Shown: positions 26,141 to 37,769 of the stretch, in pieces | Layout of the letters: each line of letters opens with the position of its first letter | How positions within the stretch are numbered: position 1 is the stretch's first letter | DNA from: Camelus dromedarius | Taxonomy: Eukaryota | Assembly (NCBI RefSeq): GCF_036321535.1 | Contig: NC_087472.1 | Coordinates: forward strand, 99,326,001 to 99,390,000 | Length of the DNA: 64,000 nucleotides | Direction of reading: 5' to 3' | Notes under the pieces: model-generated | Told to the model about the DNA's origin: nothing | The model's input: the letters and a program-made list of their open reading frames with translations, nothing else | The model's database searches: none | Made by a program: the position numbers and the translations under genes

Positions 26141-27209
26141 AGATTTGCTCATGATCACACAGCTGATACAGAGCCAGGATGAGAATTTAGATCTACTGAT
26201 CCCCCACTCTGGTGTTCTTTCTGCTGGTCAGTCTCTCCTAATAAAATTGTTCCTGCCATGGATAGTATGGGAGAATCCCAGTGTGCAAGGCCAGCACTAC
26301 TTTACGCCCCACCAGGCACTCAGTGAATACCATCCCCTGGGCATCCGCAAGAGGCAGAGGAGAAGTTCAGCAACGCGCACCGCAGGGAGAGGGCAAAGAG
26401 CCTCCCGTTACAGCCCTATTCGCAGCGGTACGTTTGCACGAACACATTGACAAGGTGTTCCATCTTGTCCTTATACCAACTATACCATGAACTTAGGGCG
26501 TGCTGTTCTTTGTCTGAGTAGATTTGCAAAATGTTGCCAGTTAATTCTTCCAGAAGCAAGAAAGGTGAAAAATATCCTGCTGTGTCATTTCAATAACTCT
26601 AACAAGATGAACCCAAACTCGGGGTTTCTTTTTTTTCTTTTTGGCTTCTGCCAGGAAATAAAAGGGAGATTCTGGCTGTATTCCCTGTAATGATCTGTCA
26701 TTACTGCAGTGATTAACAGCTGCCACCTTTTCTGTTTCTTTGAGCCTTTCTGTTACTTCTCTGACTACGGGGTCGTAGAGGTTAGCCGTGGCGTGGCCTC
26801 AGCAGGAGGTATCTGAGTCTCAATTGTCATTGGCTTTTCTCCTCAACGGCACCCTCCGTATTTGCATCTACGGCCTATTTCTGTGTGCGCATCCGTAGCC
26901 AGTCCCTCAGAACTCTCCATGGCTTTCTCTTTCAGCCCATGTCCAGCCACTTCCATAATGCTCTCAGGGGGCCTGGAAAACCTGAATCTTCTTTTAATTA
27001 CTAGGAAGTGGCAAGAGACATGGGAGGTAGTCTCATGCCCTCACTCCCTGGGCCCTCCTAGATGTGCCCCCATTTCCACTCTGAGTGACATTTTATAGGG
27101 GAACCTTAGGCTCTTACATCTCCTTTCTGGTTCAAGCCTAGAAATAAAGCACAAGACTCTCTGCCTTCAGATTCCCAAATTTGTGTGAAGGATTTATCAT
27201 GCTCATACC

Positions 27210-27418
27210 CAGTGGCAGCTCGGGCCAGCTCATGTGGACTTGCGACAGCCCGCTGGGTATGTCTCTCCAGCTCCACGATCAATGGTGTCGTCTTGATAAC
27301 TTGAAATTGGCTATGCGTGATGGGAATATTTGCACCACAGAAATGGGCAAACACTACAAGTCAGGGCTTTTTTTCCTTTGTTTTTTCATTTGTTAAACAT
27401 TTGCCAGTACCTACTTCA
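27210..27418 (+). mobile_element. MER63A-like (hAT-Blackjack)
   Basis: cagtggcagctcgggccagctc...ttgaaattggctatg...aatatttgcaccacagaaatgggcaaacactacaagtcagggc...gttaaacatttgccagtac. Confidence 0.75.
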
Positions 27419-27559
27419 TGGCCTGATGGGGATGGGGGATGCGGGGGTCACAGAGGCCCTCCCGCAGGACACACCAATGTCTAAGCTACTGTCTCTCTCT
27501 GTTTCACCTCTCTTCTCATTTGCCAACCTGTGGAAACTTTTAGGTATAATGCAGTAGAA

Positions 27560-27760
27560 CTTTCATCAAGAATTTTTCCCAAATCTACTGTTTAAGGCAG
27601 TTAGGTCCCACCTCCACACATTCTAATTCATTGGTATAGGTACAATCTTGCTATTGGTGATTTTAAACTCCCCAGGTGATTCTAACAGACAACAAAATTT
27701 GGGAACGATTGTTTTAAGGCATTGGTTCTCCACTCTGCTTACACGTTATCATTATCTGGG
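27560..27760. mobile_element. MER5-type fragments
   Basis: ttttaaactccccaggtgattctaac and ttggttctccactctgcttacacgtta. Confidence 0.5.
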
Positions 27761-28094
27761 CCTCTCTAAATTTTTGCTCTGCTGGTGTTAAAAAACTATT
27801 CTGGTAAAGCTCAAAGCCTTTTCTCTGAATCTATTTGGAATCGCAGAAGCTGTGAGATGTCATGTTTTTCTATTTTCCTGCTATAACCATCCTCCCTTGT
27901 AGGAAATCTGTGTAAAAAGGTTTCACAGCTGCCTGAACAGAGCACGGAAGAGAGGTAAATGTGAATTCCTGTAGATGAATAACACCCAGACTGCTATCTA
28001 AATATTATTCCACTACAAGGATTTAAAACAAAGCCTTAAAAACTAGATTCACTAGTTTTCTTTAAGAGAAAAGGGAAAGTGGGGTGATCTCTAG

Positions 28095-28466
28095 GTATCT
28101 TAGTCTGTTTGGTCTGCTCTAACAGGATATCATTGTCTGGGTGACTCAGAAACGATAGTAATGTATTTCTTGCAGTTCTGGAAGCTGGGAAGTCCAAGGA
28201 CAAGGCACTGGCAGATTCTGTGTCTGGCAAGGGCCCACTTCCTGCTTCATACATGGGTGTCCTCTCACCATGTCCTCACATGGCAGAGGAGTGAGGGAGC
28301 TCTTGGGGTCTATTTCGTAAGGGCACAAATTCCACTCGTGAGGGCTCCATCCTCATAACTTAATCACCTCCTAAAGGCGCCACCCCCCTAATACCATCAC
28401 ATAGAGGTTCTGGTTTCAACATACACGTTTTTGAGGGGGAGAGGACACAAACATTCAGTCCATAGC
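28095..28466 (-). mobile_element. MLT1A0-like MaLR LTR
   Basis: cagttctggaagctgggaagtccaaggacaaggcactggcagattctgtgtctggcaagggccc...cacaaacattcagtccatagc. Confidence 0.85.
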
Positions 28467-28959
28467 TCTTGGCTTCTGTTGTCTTGTTGGTTTGTTTGCT
28501 TTTTAGAGTTTAGGTTGTTTTTCATTCAAGCTCAGATCACTTTAATGACTTTGTGGCAATGAGTCTCTATAGGGAGGTTAGTACAGTTTCTTTGTAGCCA
28601 AATTGTTTTGCATTCTGGAAGCTTGTTCCCCTACAATGCACAATTAAATCCTGTCCTCTTTCTTTCTTCTACTAAAAATCCAGTTAGATACTTCATAACT
28701 CTCATTATTTTTATAATCTCACATCCCAGTGAACCCTCAAATCACGGCTCCCTATGAGATATTTCCCAAATCTATTGAGATTTATAGAGTAGTGACAGAT
28801 CAATACTCTCGGTGATGGTGGTGGTGGTAAAAGCATTAAATTAGTCACTAGCTCCATTGTTTCAGTGTGATATTAAGATGTATCCCATAAATGCATCAAC
28901 ATTACTACCTCACCTAAGCCGTTTAGCCAATACAGCAAGCTCAGATGCAAAATGGGAAG

Positions 28960-29175
28960 CAGCACCCTCAAACCAGACTGACATGACTTTGAATCCCACC
29001 TCTGCCACCAAATAGACCAATGGCTTTAGCAAATGATTTGTCTTCTCTGGGCCTCAGTTTCCTCTCCATTAACCAGAGATAATAATGCTTTTCTTAGAGT
29101 TGTGTTACAAGAATCACAGTTAATGCATTTAGACCTGGCAGTTTAATACATTAAATGGGTCTCTTTAATTATTAT
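28960..29175 (+). mobile_element. MIR
   Basis: tttgaatcccacctctgccac...ttctctgggcctcagtttcctc. Confidence 0.65.
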
Positions 29176-29683
29176 TTTCAGGTCTAGGCTTAGCTACATG
29201 GCCACACCACATACTGTATTACTGGGCTTTCTCACAAGCAGAGAGAAACAGTAAGCTTTCATTTTTCTCTTTTAATTTTAATGTACTAACAGCCACTAAT
29301 CTATATCTAGCATTCAGTGTACCATAAATGCCAGAATTGTAATAAAGAAAGGGCAGGGAGGCAAGGAAAAGAAAGGAGTGGGACATACACTACACAAATT
29401 ATCAGCTTGTATTTTTAAACCCCTCAAGTTGCCAATAAAGACTAATATACAAAAGGACATTGATTCTATCAGATCATTTGAATACCACCCTCGTTCTTAT
29501 TTCCAGAGTTCACGACTAGCCACTGCTCTTCTAATTCTCCTGATGACATAGCTTCTCACGATACAAGAGTTATTTTCTCTTCCTCTGTGTTCCTCCAGTA
29601 GCACTCTGTTTTTACCTCTACAGGACACTTTTCATGTTTTAACCTAATATTTCCCTTTACAGATTTGTCTCTTTCCCCTTCCC

Positions 29684-29855
29684 TAGTGTTTCTCAACCTC
29701 AGCTGCACTTTGGCATCACCTGGGGAGTTTTGAAAGATGAAAATCTGGGTCCTATTCCCAGAAATTCTGATTTTATTAAATTGGGGATGCAACTTGGGCA
29801 TGGTTTTTTTTTTTAAACCTCTCCAGGTGACTATAATCTGCAACCAAGTTTCAGA
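29684..29855. mobile_element. MER5B-like
   Basis: tagtgtttctcaacctcagctgcactttggcatcacctggggagtttt...gaaattctgattttatt...ctctccaggtgactataatctgcaacc. Confidence 0.75.
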
Positions 29856-30967
29856 TTCCCCACCCACCCCCGGCCAACACCCTCCCTAGACTGTGAGCAC
29901 CATGAAGGCAGCGCATCTACTTAATATATAAAGGCAGATACAGAATAATTCCATGTCACTTGAAAGCCTGAAGGAGAGCTATCATCAATTCTGTTTGCAA
30001 AGGAAAAGTGAGAATTTCCTACCAGGAAATACTTAATGGAAACAAAAAGATTCTTGAAACAAAATTTCCTTCTCAGTGGACAGCTCCATATAAGTTGAGG
30101 CATGTCAGCCTATCAATAAATGTGGCAACATGTGACCTTATTCCATAATCTCCAATGCAACTCCTTATGCCTAATCGTGTTTCATCTGGGACATGTTTAC
30201 TGAATGGCCATTTTGTGTAAGGTTCTGCATTAAGTGCTGTGAGAAATACAAGGAAGGTTTGGTATAATAAAAATGCATCAAAATTGCATAGCGCTTTAAA
30301 TTTACAAAGTTCATGACATATTCTAAACTGTATACTTCAAAAGAGTCTTGTTCAACCCAGTCAAAGGCCAATAAATTTACAAGGTATCCAGTCCCTCCTT
30401 TCCTCTCTTTACCATGGTTACAGCAATTTCAAACACTTTTGGTTCCAAATCTAAAGCCAGCCTCACAGGAAAACAAGTTATTATTTGCCCAGGAATAATT
30501 TAAGAAGTTCTAGAAAGTTCTCACAGCCAAAAATACCTACCTTCCTCCCCCACATCTGAAATTCCGACATTTGAGATTTTTCCCTTCCTGGGAGGAGTAA
30601 GAGAAAACGCTTACAACTTAATGAATTTATCAGCTGCTTCCTTATCCCACGGAGCATGGGAGAAGGTGAGCAGGATCGGTGAAAGTTTGGAGAATGAAGA
30701 AAGAGATCCTGAGAATCCTGGAAAACAAATCTCCCCATCTCCATATCCCACTTAAGGTCAGTGCTGAGCACTGCCCCACTTCTGCTTTGGGTAAAGTGAT
30801 CATATACTCAAAATGTCCAAAAACAGACTTAACTCCACTCCTTCCATGTCAGTAAGCTCCCTAAGTCTACTAACTTTCACTTGTTTGACATATTTTCTTT
30901 GTGTTCTTTAATCTTCTGAATAAGAATTGCGTATAAACGTCTCAGTATCACCTGAGGAGGTGGGGAA

Positions 30968-31135
30968 GTATTTCTCAACAGGGGCCCTATTGGCATTTTG
31001 GATGGGCCAGCTCTTCCTCATGCTAGACATTTTCCCTCCCTCAACCACCTCAGGAAATGGAAGTAGCACACCCCTCAGTCATTGTGACAATCAAAAATGC
31101 TCCCACACTTTTCCAAGTGCTCACTGGAAGGGTGG
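30968..31135. mobile_element. MER20-related hAT fragment
   Basis: gtatttctcaacaggggccctattggcattttggatgggc...cagtcattgtgacaatcaaaaatgctcccacac. Confidence 0.55.
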
Positions 31136-31546
31136 TACTGGCATGGGTTCAGCATCGCTCATTTTGCATCCTGAACAAGCAAGACACAGAAATCTCATAG
31201 CCATCTTGTAACGGAATTTTGCCTGCAGAACTTTGAAGATGAAGTTGTCATCTCATCCTACCACCTTCATTAAAAAAGCAAAAATTGGAAATTATCCAAT
31301 CACATGATGCCCTTCTACAAGAAATAGACCAGGAGTTCCCCCTCCCCTCTTGCAAAAGCATAAACATCATGCATGTTCCTCTTAAGCCTTCCCTGAATTA
31401 AGTGGTTCTCAATAAAATTCTAAAATACTTTAAGTTTATTTTGAACGCTTTGAAGAGAATTACTGAAGTAGTGATGTCTGGGACATTACTCAACATAACT
31501 TGAACTTGACCTCGGGGAAGTTATGGCTACAGGAGGAACATTTCAG

Positions 31547-31565
31547 TGTCCCCCAGGGGGCGCCA
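31547..31565 (+). promoter_or_regulatory. candidate CTCF binding site
   Basis: TGTCCCCCAGGGGGCGCCA matches 16/19 of the CTCF consensus TGGCCACCAGGGGGCGCTA with an intact CCAGGGGGCGC core, in unique sequence. Confidence 0.65.
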
Positions 31566-32164
31566 TAACCCCTTCACAAGTTTACCAGCCCTCTGTTCTG
31601 TGGTTAGGCTCTTCTGGAGCCCAGTTCCATTATCAGTGGGTTGGTAGCAAAGAGTAACTCTCCACTGTGATCCCTTGGAGACCACCCAGGCCATTTCTGG
31701 TAACCCCATGGCACTTTGGCTGCGCTGAGGTCTCATAATCCATCCTGCTTTGATCTCTTCCCTCAACACAGTTTGATGATCTTTGGCCATGAGTGATCTC
31801 AAGGTGAAACATACTGTCCTGTTTCCAGATACGGAGTCCCAAATTAATCCAGTTTCCAAGGTACTAAGTATTCCTTTGCAAGGGCTTCTGAGTACTTCCA
31901 TCCATTCAGACACACAGTGCCTGTATTCCTCTCACCAAGAAAGAATCTGAATTGTGTTTCTGCAGTTCCCCAAGGCTAAGGAATAACTTGAGATATTCCA
32001 AGTCCAAATGCTGAAACGTTGTCTTCAGGCAGTACACGGTTTTGTTTTCACCTTGCCAAGAACAGATCTGAGAGAGACAATCACTTTTTCTGTATCTTTC
32101 TATTTGGTATCAGTTTTAATTTTGTGTGCGTGTATTTTGTAAATTTTAAAGACAGACCCGACAC

Positions 32165-32805
32165 TACTATACTTGGGTATATATCCAAAAGAAGTAAGTA
32201 CCCAAACAGCCCTGTTTTGTACACCACCCACAAAAATACCTGTACAAGAATGTTTAAATCAGCTTTTCTCATAGTGGGCAAAAACCACAGACCAATTCAA
32301 CAAGAGACTAGATAAACTGTGGTACAGCCATACAACTGGAATCTACCTAGCAATAAAAAGGAATGAACTGTTGATGTATGCTACCATAATCTCAAATGTA
32401 TTATGTGAAGCAAAAGAAGCCACATCTATGTAGGTGAATTTCAAGAACAGGTGAAACTAACCTGTGATGTTAGGCATCAGATAGTGGTTACCTCCAAAAG
32501 ATGGTGTTATTTGGGAAGGAGCATAAGGAAATTTCCAGATGATAGAATTGTTCAATATCTTCTTTTTAAGTGAAGTTTAGTCGATTACAATGTGTCAGTT
32601 TCTGGTGTATAGCATAATGTTTCAGTCATACATATACAGACATATAATTGTTTTCATATTCTTTTTCATTATCGGTTACTACAAGATAGTATTTTTCAAT
32701 ATCTTTCTTTGGTAGTTATAAGACTGTATAGATAAAAATTCATCAAACTATACATTTAAGATTTGTGCATTTTACTGTAGGTAAATTATTCCTCAGTTAA
32801 AAAAT
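32165..32805 (+). mobile_element. old L1M 3' end, interrupted by a younger L1
   Basis: cttgggtatatatccaaaag...ataaactgtggtacagccatacaa...gcaataaaaaggaatgaact...tttgtgcattttactgtaggtaaatta. Confidence 0.75.
32562..32690 (-). mobile_element. short younger L1 3' end (camelid type)
   Basis: tgaagtttagtcgattacaatgtgtcagtttctggtgtatagcataatgtttcagtcatac; TSD att(g/t)ttcaatatctt at 32547-32561 and 32691-32705. Confidence 0.85.
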
Positions 32806-33874
32806 TCCAGGGCAAATGCAAAATAATAAATAGAAGCCTCAGTGAAGCATTTCTCTTGTATGCAGTAATTACATGTGATGCCCAATGTTTATACTAATCT
32901 TTCTCTCACCTATGTCATACTTTGTGAAATCATATTTTTCTGCTTTCCTCTAAATTATGTAATTGAACAGGGCTGTTTGAGCCAGGGCACCCCCCCCCCC
33001 ACAAGAGAGTAAGCAAACCTCCCCAAGTCAGTGAGTGGTCTCAGTTTAAAATCGGATTTGCTAAAGAGGTACTTCTCCCTTCTCAAAACCTTGCCAGGAA
33101 TCTTGGAGACAGGCCTCCTTTTATGAGCCCTGCTGAACTTGAAGATGACTGTTGGAGCAATAATTGCCCTATGCCCCAAGTTTCTTCCTTTTCAAATTCA
33201 GTCTTTGCTCCTGTGAATAATTTATGACAAGTCTGGTTGAGAAGACAAACACACAGGCTCTACCTGATTGAATGCCCCTTTCAGCTTTTCAAAATGCAAT
33301 AAAGCAATCTGGTGATCTAAAATTGTTTTCCCAAGCAAGGATTTAATTACTGCCTGAGTACCTAGACCCTGCATCTGAACTGGCACTTGCTAACTCTATA
33401 GCAAGAATAATTTGAAAATAAAGAAACTCTTTACAAAATGATATTCTAGTTGTCTACAACAGCATAGTTTGCTTCTTGCCTGCTTATCACATTTTTTTAT
33501 CACAGTGAAATAAATTAGAATTTCAAAGGAAGTGACTGCTGCATTGCTTACAGGGTTTTTGTTTCTCAACAGGCTAAGAACTTGATGAAAGCTTGATTTA
33601 TTTTTGCATGTCAGAGTTCAAGGCCACCAGCTGAGCTCAGCAGAGGCAAACCCACCAACCAGCTAGCACAGCTGAGTAAAGGACACTCCACTAATCCTTT
33701 ATATTTTTTCAAAATGGGTATGTAATAAGCACCTAAGTTGCCACTGCAAAACCTGAGAAACTTTTAATTCACACCTGTTTACAGGTTATGAGGACATATA
33801 AATTGAAGGAGAAAATTGAAAAGCAATGTCTTCTTAAGGAGGAGTTAGAACCAGAAAATCAAGATCTGCCAGTA

Positions 33875-34095
33875 CATATATATAAAATAAATAAAAACCA
33901 AATTTCTTCTGTATAGTAGAGGAAACTATATTCAATATCTTGTAGTAGCCTATAATGAAAAAGAACATGAAAACAATTATATGTATATATATATGTATGA
34001 CAGAAACACTATGCTGTACACCAGAAATTAACATGTTATAACTGACTATACTTCAATTTTTTTTAAAAAAATCAATCAAGAAATAAATAAATTAA
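33875..34095 (+). mobile_element. younger L1 3' end (camelid type)
   Basis: aactatattcaatatcttgtagtagcctataatgaaaaagaac...gctgtacaccagaaatt...gactatacttcaat; TSD aag(a/c)tctgccagta at 33861-33874 and 34096-34109. Confidence 0.88.
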
Positions 34096-34511
34096 AAGCT
34101 CTGCCAGTAGATCTTCAGGGCCAGTCTAAGATACCCACACAGCCGTGGCTGACCCCATGAGTTTCTCCTCAGGTTTGTTGAAGGACTAGCTTACATGGGG
34201 TGCTTTAAGAGCAGACCCTGAGGCTCACGTTTATGTGTAAGTGACTTATCAAGAAGAGCTCCCAGGAGAAACCAGTAAGGATGAGAGGACAGGGAAAGGG
34301 AAGTAGCCTAACAAGGATATTATCTCAGGCATCTGGGGATCTCAGCTCACGTGGATCCCATGGGGCACTCTGGGATGGAAATCCTACCTTGAGGCAAGAA
34401 AGCACCATTCCGTCATGGGCTAATGGATCTGGGGTGGAGGTAGGAGGAGATAATCTCCCAATAACTTTGGGCTCTCTCCAAGTGTCTGAAAGTTGGCTCC
34501 AGTAGTGCAAG

Positions 34512-35139
34512 TGTTGCAGAAAAATGTGTTACAGCTCAGTGTTACAGCTCTGTGTTATAGCTCGGTGTTATAGCTCAGTGTTACAACTCAGTTGTGACAG
34601 CAACCTGGATCCTGGCGAGAGACCAAGCAGCACTCGGAGAGTTGCAGAACTCAGGTTTATTACGCCAGTGGGCCCAAAGGAGTTAACACTCCAAGCTCTG
34701 GACCCTGTCTGTAGGTTTACACAGGCCTTTATAGGCTGCCAGTTTTACACTTTGCAACATCATATGCAAATAAAGTTGACCAACCAGGAACAAGCTTTGT
34801 AGAAATAGGCCAATCAGGAGTGAGAGAAATAACCAATCAGGAGTGAGGGGAATGGACCAATCAGGAGTGAGCTCCATGCAAATGAAGTACTACAAATGGA
34901 CCAATCAGAAGTTAGGGAAGTGGACCAATCAGAAGTGAGAGTAATAACCAGTCAGGAGTGAAGGAAATAACCAATCAGAAGTTAGCTCAGGGAACCAATA
35001 GAATTTTAGGGGTAAGCAAGCCGTTTCAGAGACAAAAAGCTGTTTCCCCTCTGGGCCAGGGAACCTGATGGTTCTGGCAGGAGAGTAGTGGCCCTGCTTG
35101 GGGGCCCTGCCGGTTTTTTTTATGGGGCTTCCCGCCTCA
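34512..35139 (-). mobile_element. complete ERV1-class solo LTR with CCAAT repeat array
   Basis: TG...CA termini, 4-bp TSD caag (34508-34511, 35140-35143); on the minus strand TATAAA at 34728-34733 and AATAAA at 34656-34661; 7 CCAAT boxes 34810-34999; 13-bp repeats in U5. Confidence 0.9.
34526..34590. repeat. 13-bp tandem repeat x5 inside the LTR U5
   Basis: gtgttacagctca / gtgttacagctct / gtgttatagctcg / gtgttatagctca / gtgttacaactca. Confidence 0.95.
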
Positions 35140-35169
35140 CAAGGACAGATCCCTAAAGAAAGAGGAAGG

Positions 35170-36241
35170 CAGTTGTGTACTGGTAAATGTTGAACAACTG
35201 GCCGGGGGCTAGGGAGAAAGAGCCTCCATCTGCAGCATTTGCCAATTAGTGGTGTAAATGTTCCCACCATGGCCAATATCAAACTGCCAACTTGATATCA
35301 CTGAACATGGGGACTTGGAAAGAGAGGCGCAGTAGCACCCTCCTTTGTGTAGTATTTCTACTCCGCAGATACAACACACAGAAATAACCTCAAGAGCACA
35401 GCTGACAGTAATATGTAGCCAAATAATTAGGAAATGAGGAGTTTTGAGTATTTATTACTTTTTGTGCAATATGATTTATTTTATTGTTTGTTTCTACGGT
35501 CAATTCTCATTATTCATGATAGTTATATTCTGTAAAGTTGATGCAAACATTGAATTAGCAAATAGTAAATCACGGCTTCTAGAGGAAGTACAGGGTTAGG
35601 TTCCTGCAAGCCTCTGGTCAAAGCATTTTGTCAACTGATCGATGCATAACCTTGTTTTACATGTGTTTCTGTTTAAAGACACGTTAATATACATCGCCGA
35701 TTTATTAACACTGAACTCGTGGCCGGCGGCATTGTACTCACGCCTGAACAAAGCTGGTCTCACACACATATTTTCTCTGTAAACACCTCACAGCCTTTTT
35801 GTGCTCAGGAACATTAGACAGCACTTCAACACTGCACTGAGGAGCCATTTTAAACAGTGAAATCACCCACAAAAAGCATTAAAATGTAGAAAAACATGGC
35901 ACTAAATATACCAGGAAAAAGACACTTGTTTATAGTATGAGAGCTGGAACAAGAAAGCCTTGTTTGACCTCAGCTGGGAACGTGCACATCGAGCAACTTG
36001 AGTTTTTCACAACTCTGCACATGCACATGTCTGCAAATGACCACAGAAGTGCCCCAAGTGTTGATCTGAGGCTTACAAATAAATTTTAGTAAGTGAGCTC
36101 ATAGATATGGAATCCGTGAATAATAGGAGACAACTATATCTTAATTTTTTATAATGTCTGTGGTTAACAACCCACTTGCAGAATTCCTGAAAATGTAATA
36201 GATCTTGTGGGCCTGAATGAGCCAGCTCCAGCACAGCCTTG
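35170..36241 (-). mobile_element. MER63-type hAT-Blackjack element, split by MER82
   Basis: Starts cagttgtgtactggtaaatgttgaacaactgg and ends gagccagctccagcacagccttg; internal ggtgtaaatgttcccaccatggcc matches reverse MER63. Confidence 0.8.
35497..36136 (-). mobile_element. MER82-like (TcMar-Tigger)
   Basis: TA-flanked, termini cggtcaattctcattattc ... gaataataggagacaacta; internal cttgtttgacctcagctgggaacgtgc matches reverse MER82. Confidence 0.8.
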
Positions 36242-37769
36242 ACTGGACTAGACATTATCTTGACCACCATCTCCACTGGCCAGTAAACTACAGCCCAGAA
36301 ACCAGGGCTTGTTTATTTCATTACTCCGGCACTTCACCCGGTGCCTAGCCCATGGCAGGTATTCAGAAACTGTTAATGGATGGATGAATGAGTGAATGCA
36401 ATTTCCTTCCTTTTATTATTATGGAAAAGTAATAAACTCACATGGGAAGAGTACTTTTGTGTCTATAAAGTACCTTCTCATCCAAAAGTTGTTTGGTTTT
36501 TACAAAATTCGGTGGCTACCTTCTACAATTTTACAGGTAAGAAAATGAGGCTCTGACATTTAGGTGACTTCCCTGAGGTGACCATCAATTAGGAAGAGAG
36601 TCAGGACTCAAATAAAATCATCATCCTTTAAATCCCATAGCCTGCATCATACTAGGATTAGCTACTTCCCTTCAGTTAATAAGCATCAACAGCAAACACG
36701 GTCATGCTCTGTCTGTGCAGGTACCCACATTTGCTTCAAAGGTTTCAACTGAACAAGTCACTAGTCTACTCAACAAATAACAACAAAAACCACCTCCAAT
36801 ACTAACCATTCTTCCATCACTCGTGGTATAAAACTTAGTGCTCTAGGTTTTTTAAAGGCTTCAGGTAACTGAAACACAAATCATTTAACCACAAGTGTTT
36901 CTGTAGAAACAGTTTTTAATAAAACATATCTTTAAATGTATTATATGCAGAAGACAATTTCTAAATTCTCAAACGACAGAAATGTTTGTGCAAGCTCCTG
37001 GCTATCTCCTAAATCATATTTCCTTTAAGAGTAGCTTATTTCCTGTGCATGTCCGCACACCACAAGTTATCTGCTTTTTCAACTTTTACTAATGTTTTCT
37101 CTTTCACTTACGGCTCCGTCTAACAAAGAAACACTTTTAACTGTCTTTGTACCTGATGCAAATAGAGAACACAAGCTCAACACTGAGGTTCAGAGACTGA
37201 AGAGTCAGCTATACTTAGCAGTTAAATGATGCAGTTCGGTAACCCAGCCTCAGAAAGCATCAAATTCAAGGCATACACACACACAATCTGAAACTGCCTT
37301 CTCAACTGTACTGCCATATTCTGAAATTTAACTCCTCCTTAAAGATTCCAGATCATAATAATAAACAGCAGTGCCTGAAGCAGTCCCTGGTTGATAACAG
37401 GTACTCCACAACTGGCTCAGTCACTAACCAGAGTCTAAATACCCCTCATCAATCTTCGGGAACAAGAAAAAGTGTATAATCATTGAATGAAAGACCTTTC
37501 TCAGCTCTTGTCCTGACCGATGAGCAACATATCAACTCAGGTGCCTTCAGGAAGATAATTACATGGGAAGTAACTCAGCACAGCTGGGCACCACCAGCCT
37601 TGAACACATTAGTGGATAGATCACAGCTTTATTTCCTTTATAGAGAGCTTGTATATTGGCAAGAAATGAGACTCAGATCATCAGTGGGATGAGATGATTC
37701 CCTTCCAAGAGTACAGTCTGAAGAAAGACGAGAAGTTGACTGCAACTCAACTAGAGATGTCAAAAGTCT

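Larger units (their letters stand above)
34190..35169 (-). mobile_element. old ERVL-type LTR (LTR16/LTR33-like) hosting the ERV1 solo LTR
   Basis: gagcagaccctgaggc...gtgtaagtgacttatcaagaagagctcccaggagaaaccagtaagg; resumes after 35143. Confidence 0.55.

Noticed and set aside
26541..26790. Minus-strand peptide ..PVVREVTERLKETEKV.. reminiscent of the GTF2A2 C-terminus
   Set aside because: Similarity limited to REVTE; flanking sequence does not follow GTF2A2 and there is no poly(A) or TSD
31527..31913. 128-aa minus-strand ORF in unique sequence
   Set aside because: No family recognised, non-ATG start, no convincing exon boundaries; length within chance expectation
34526..34999. Regularly spaced repeats superficially like a CRISPR array
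   Set aside because: Units are tandem with no unique spacers, lie inside a retroviral LTR in a mammalian genome, and there are no cas genes
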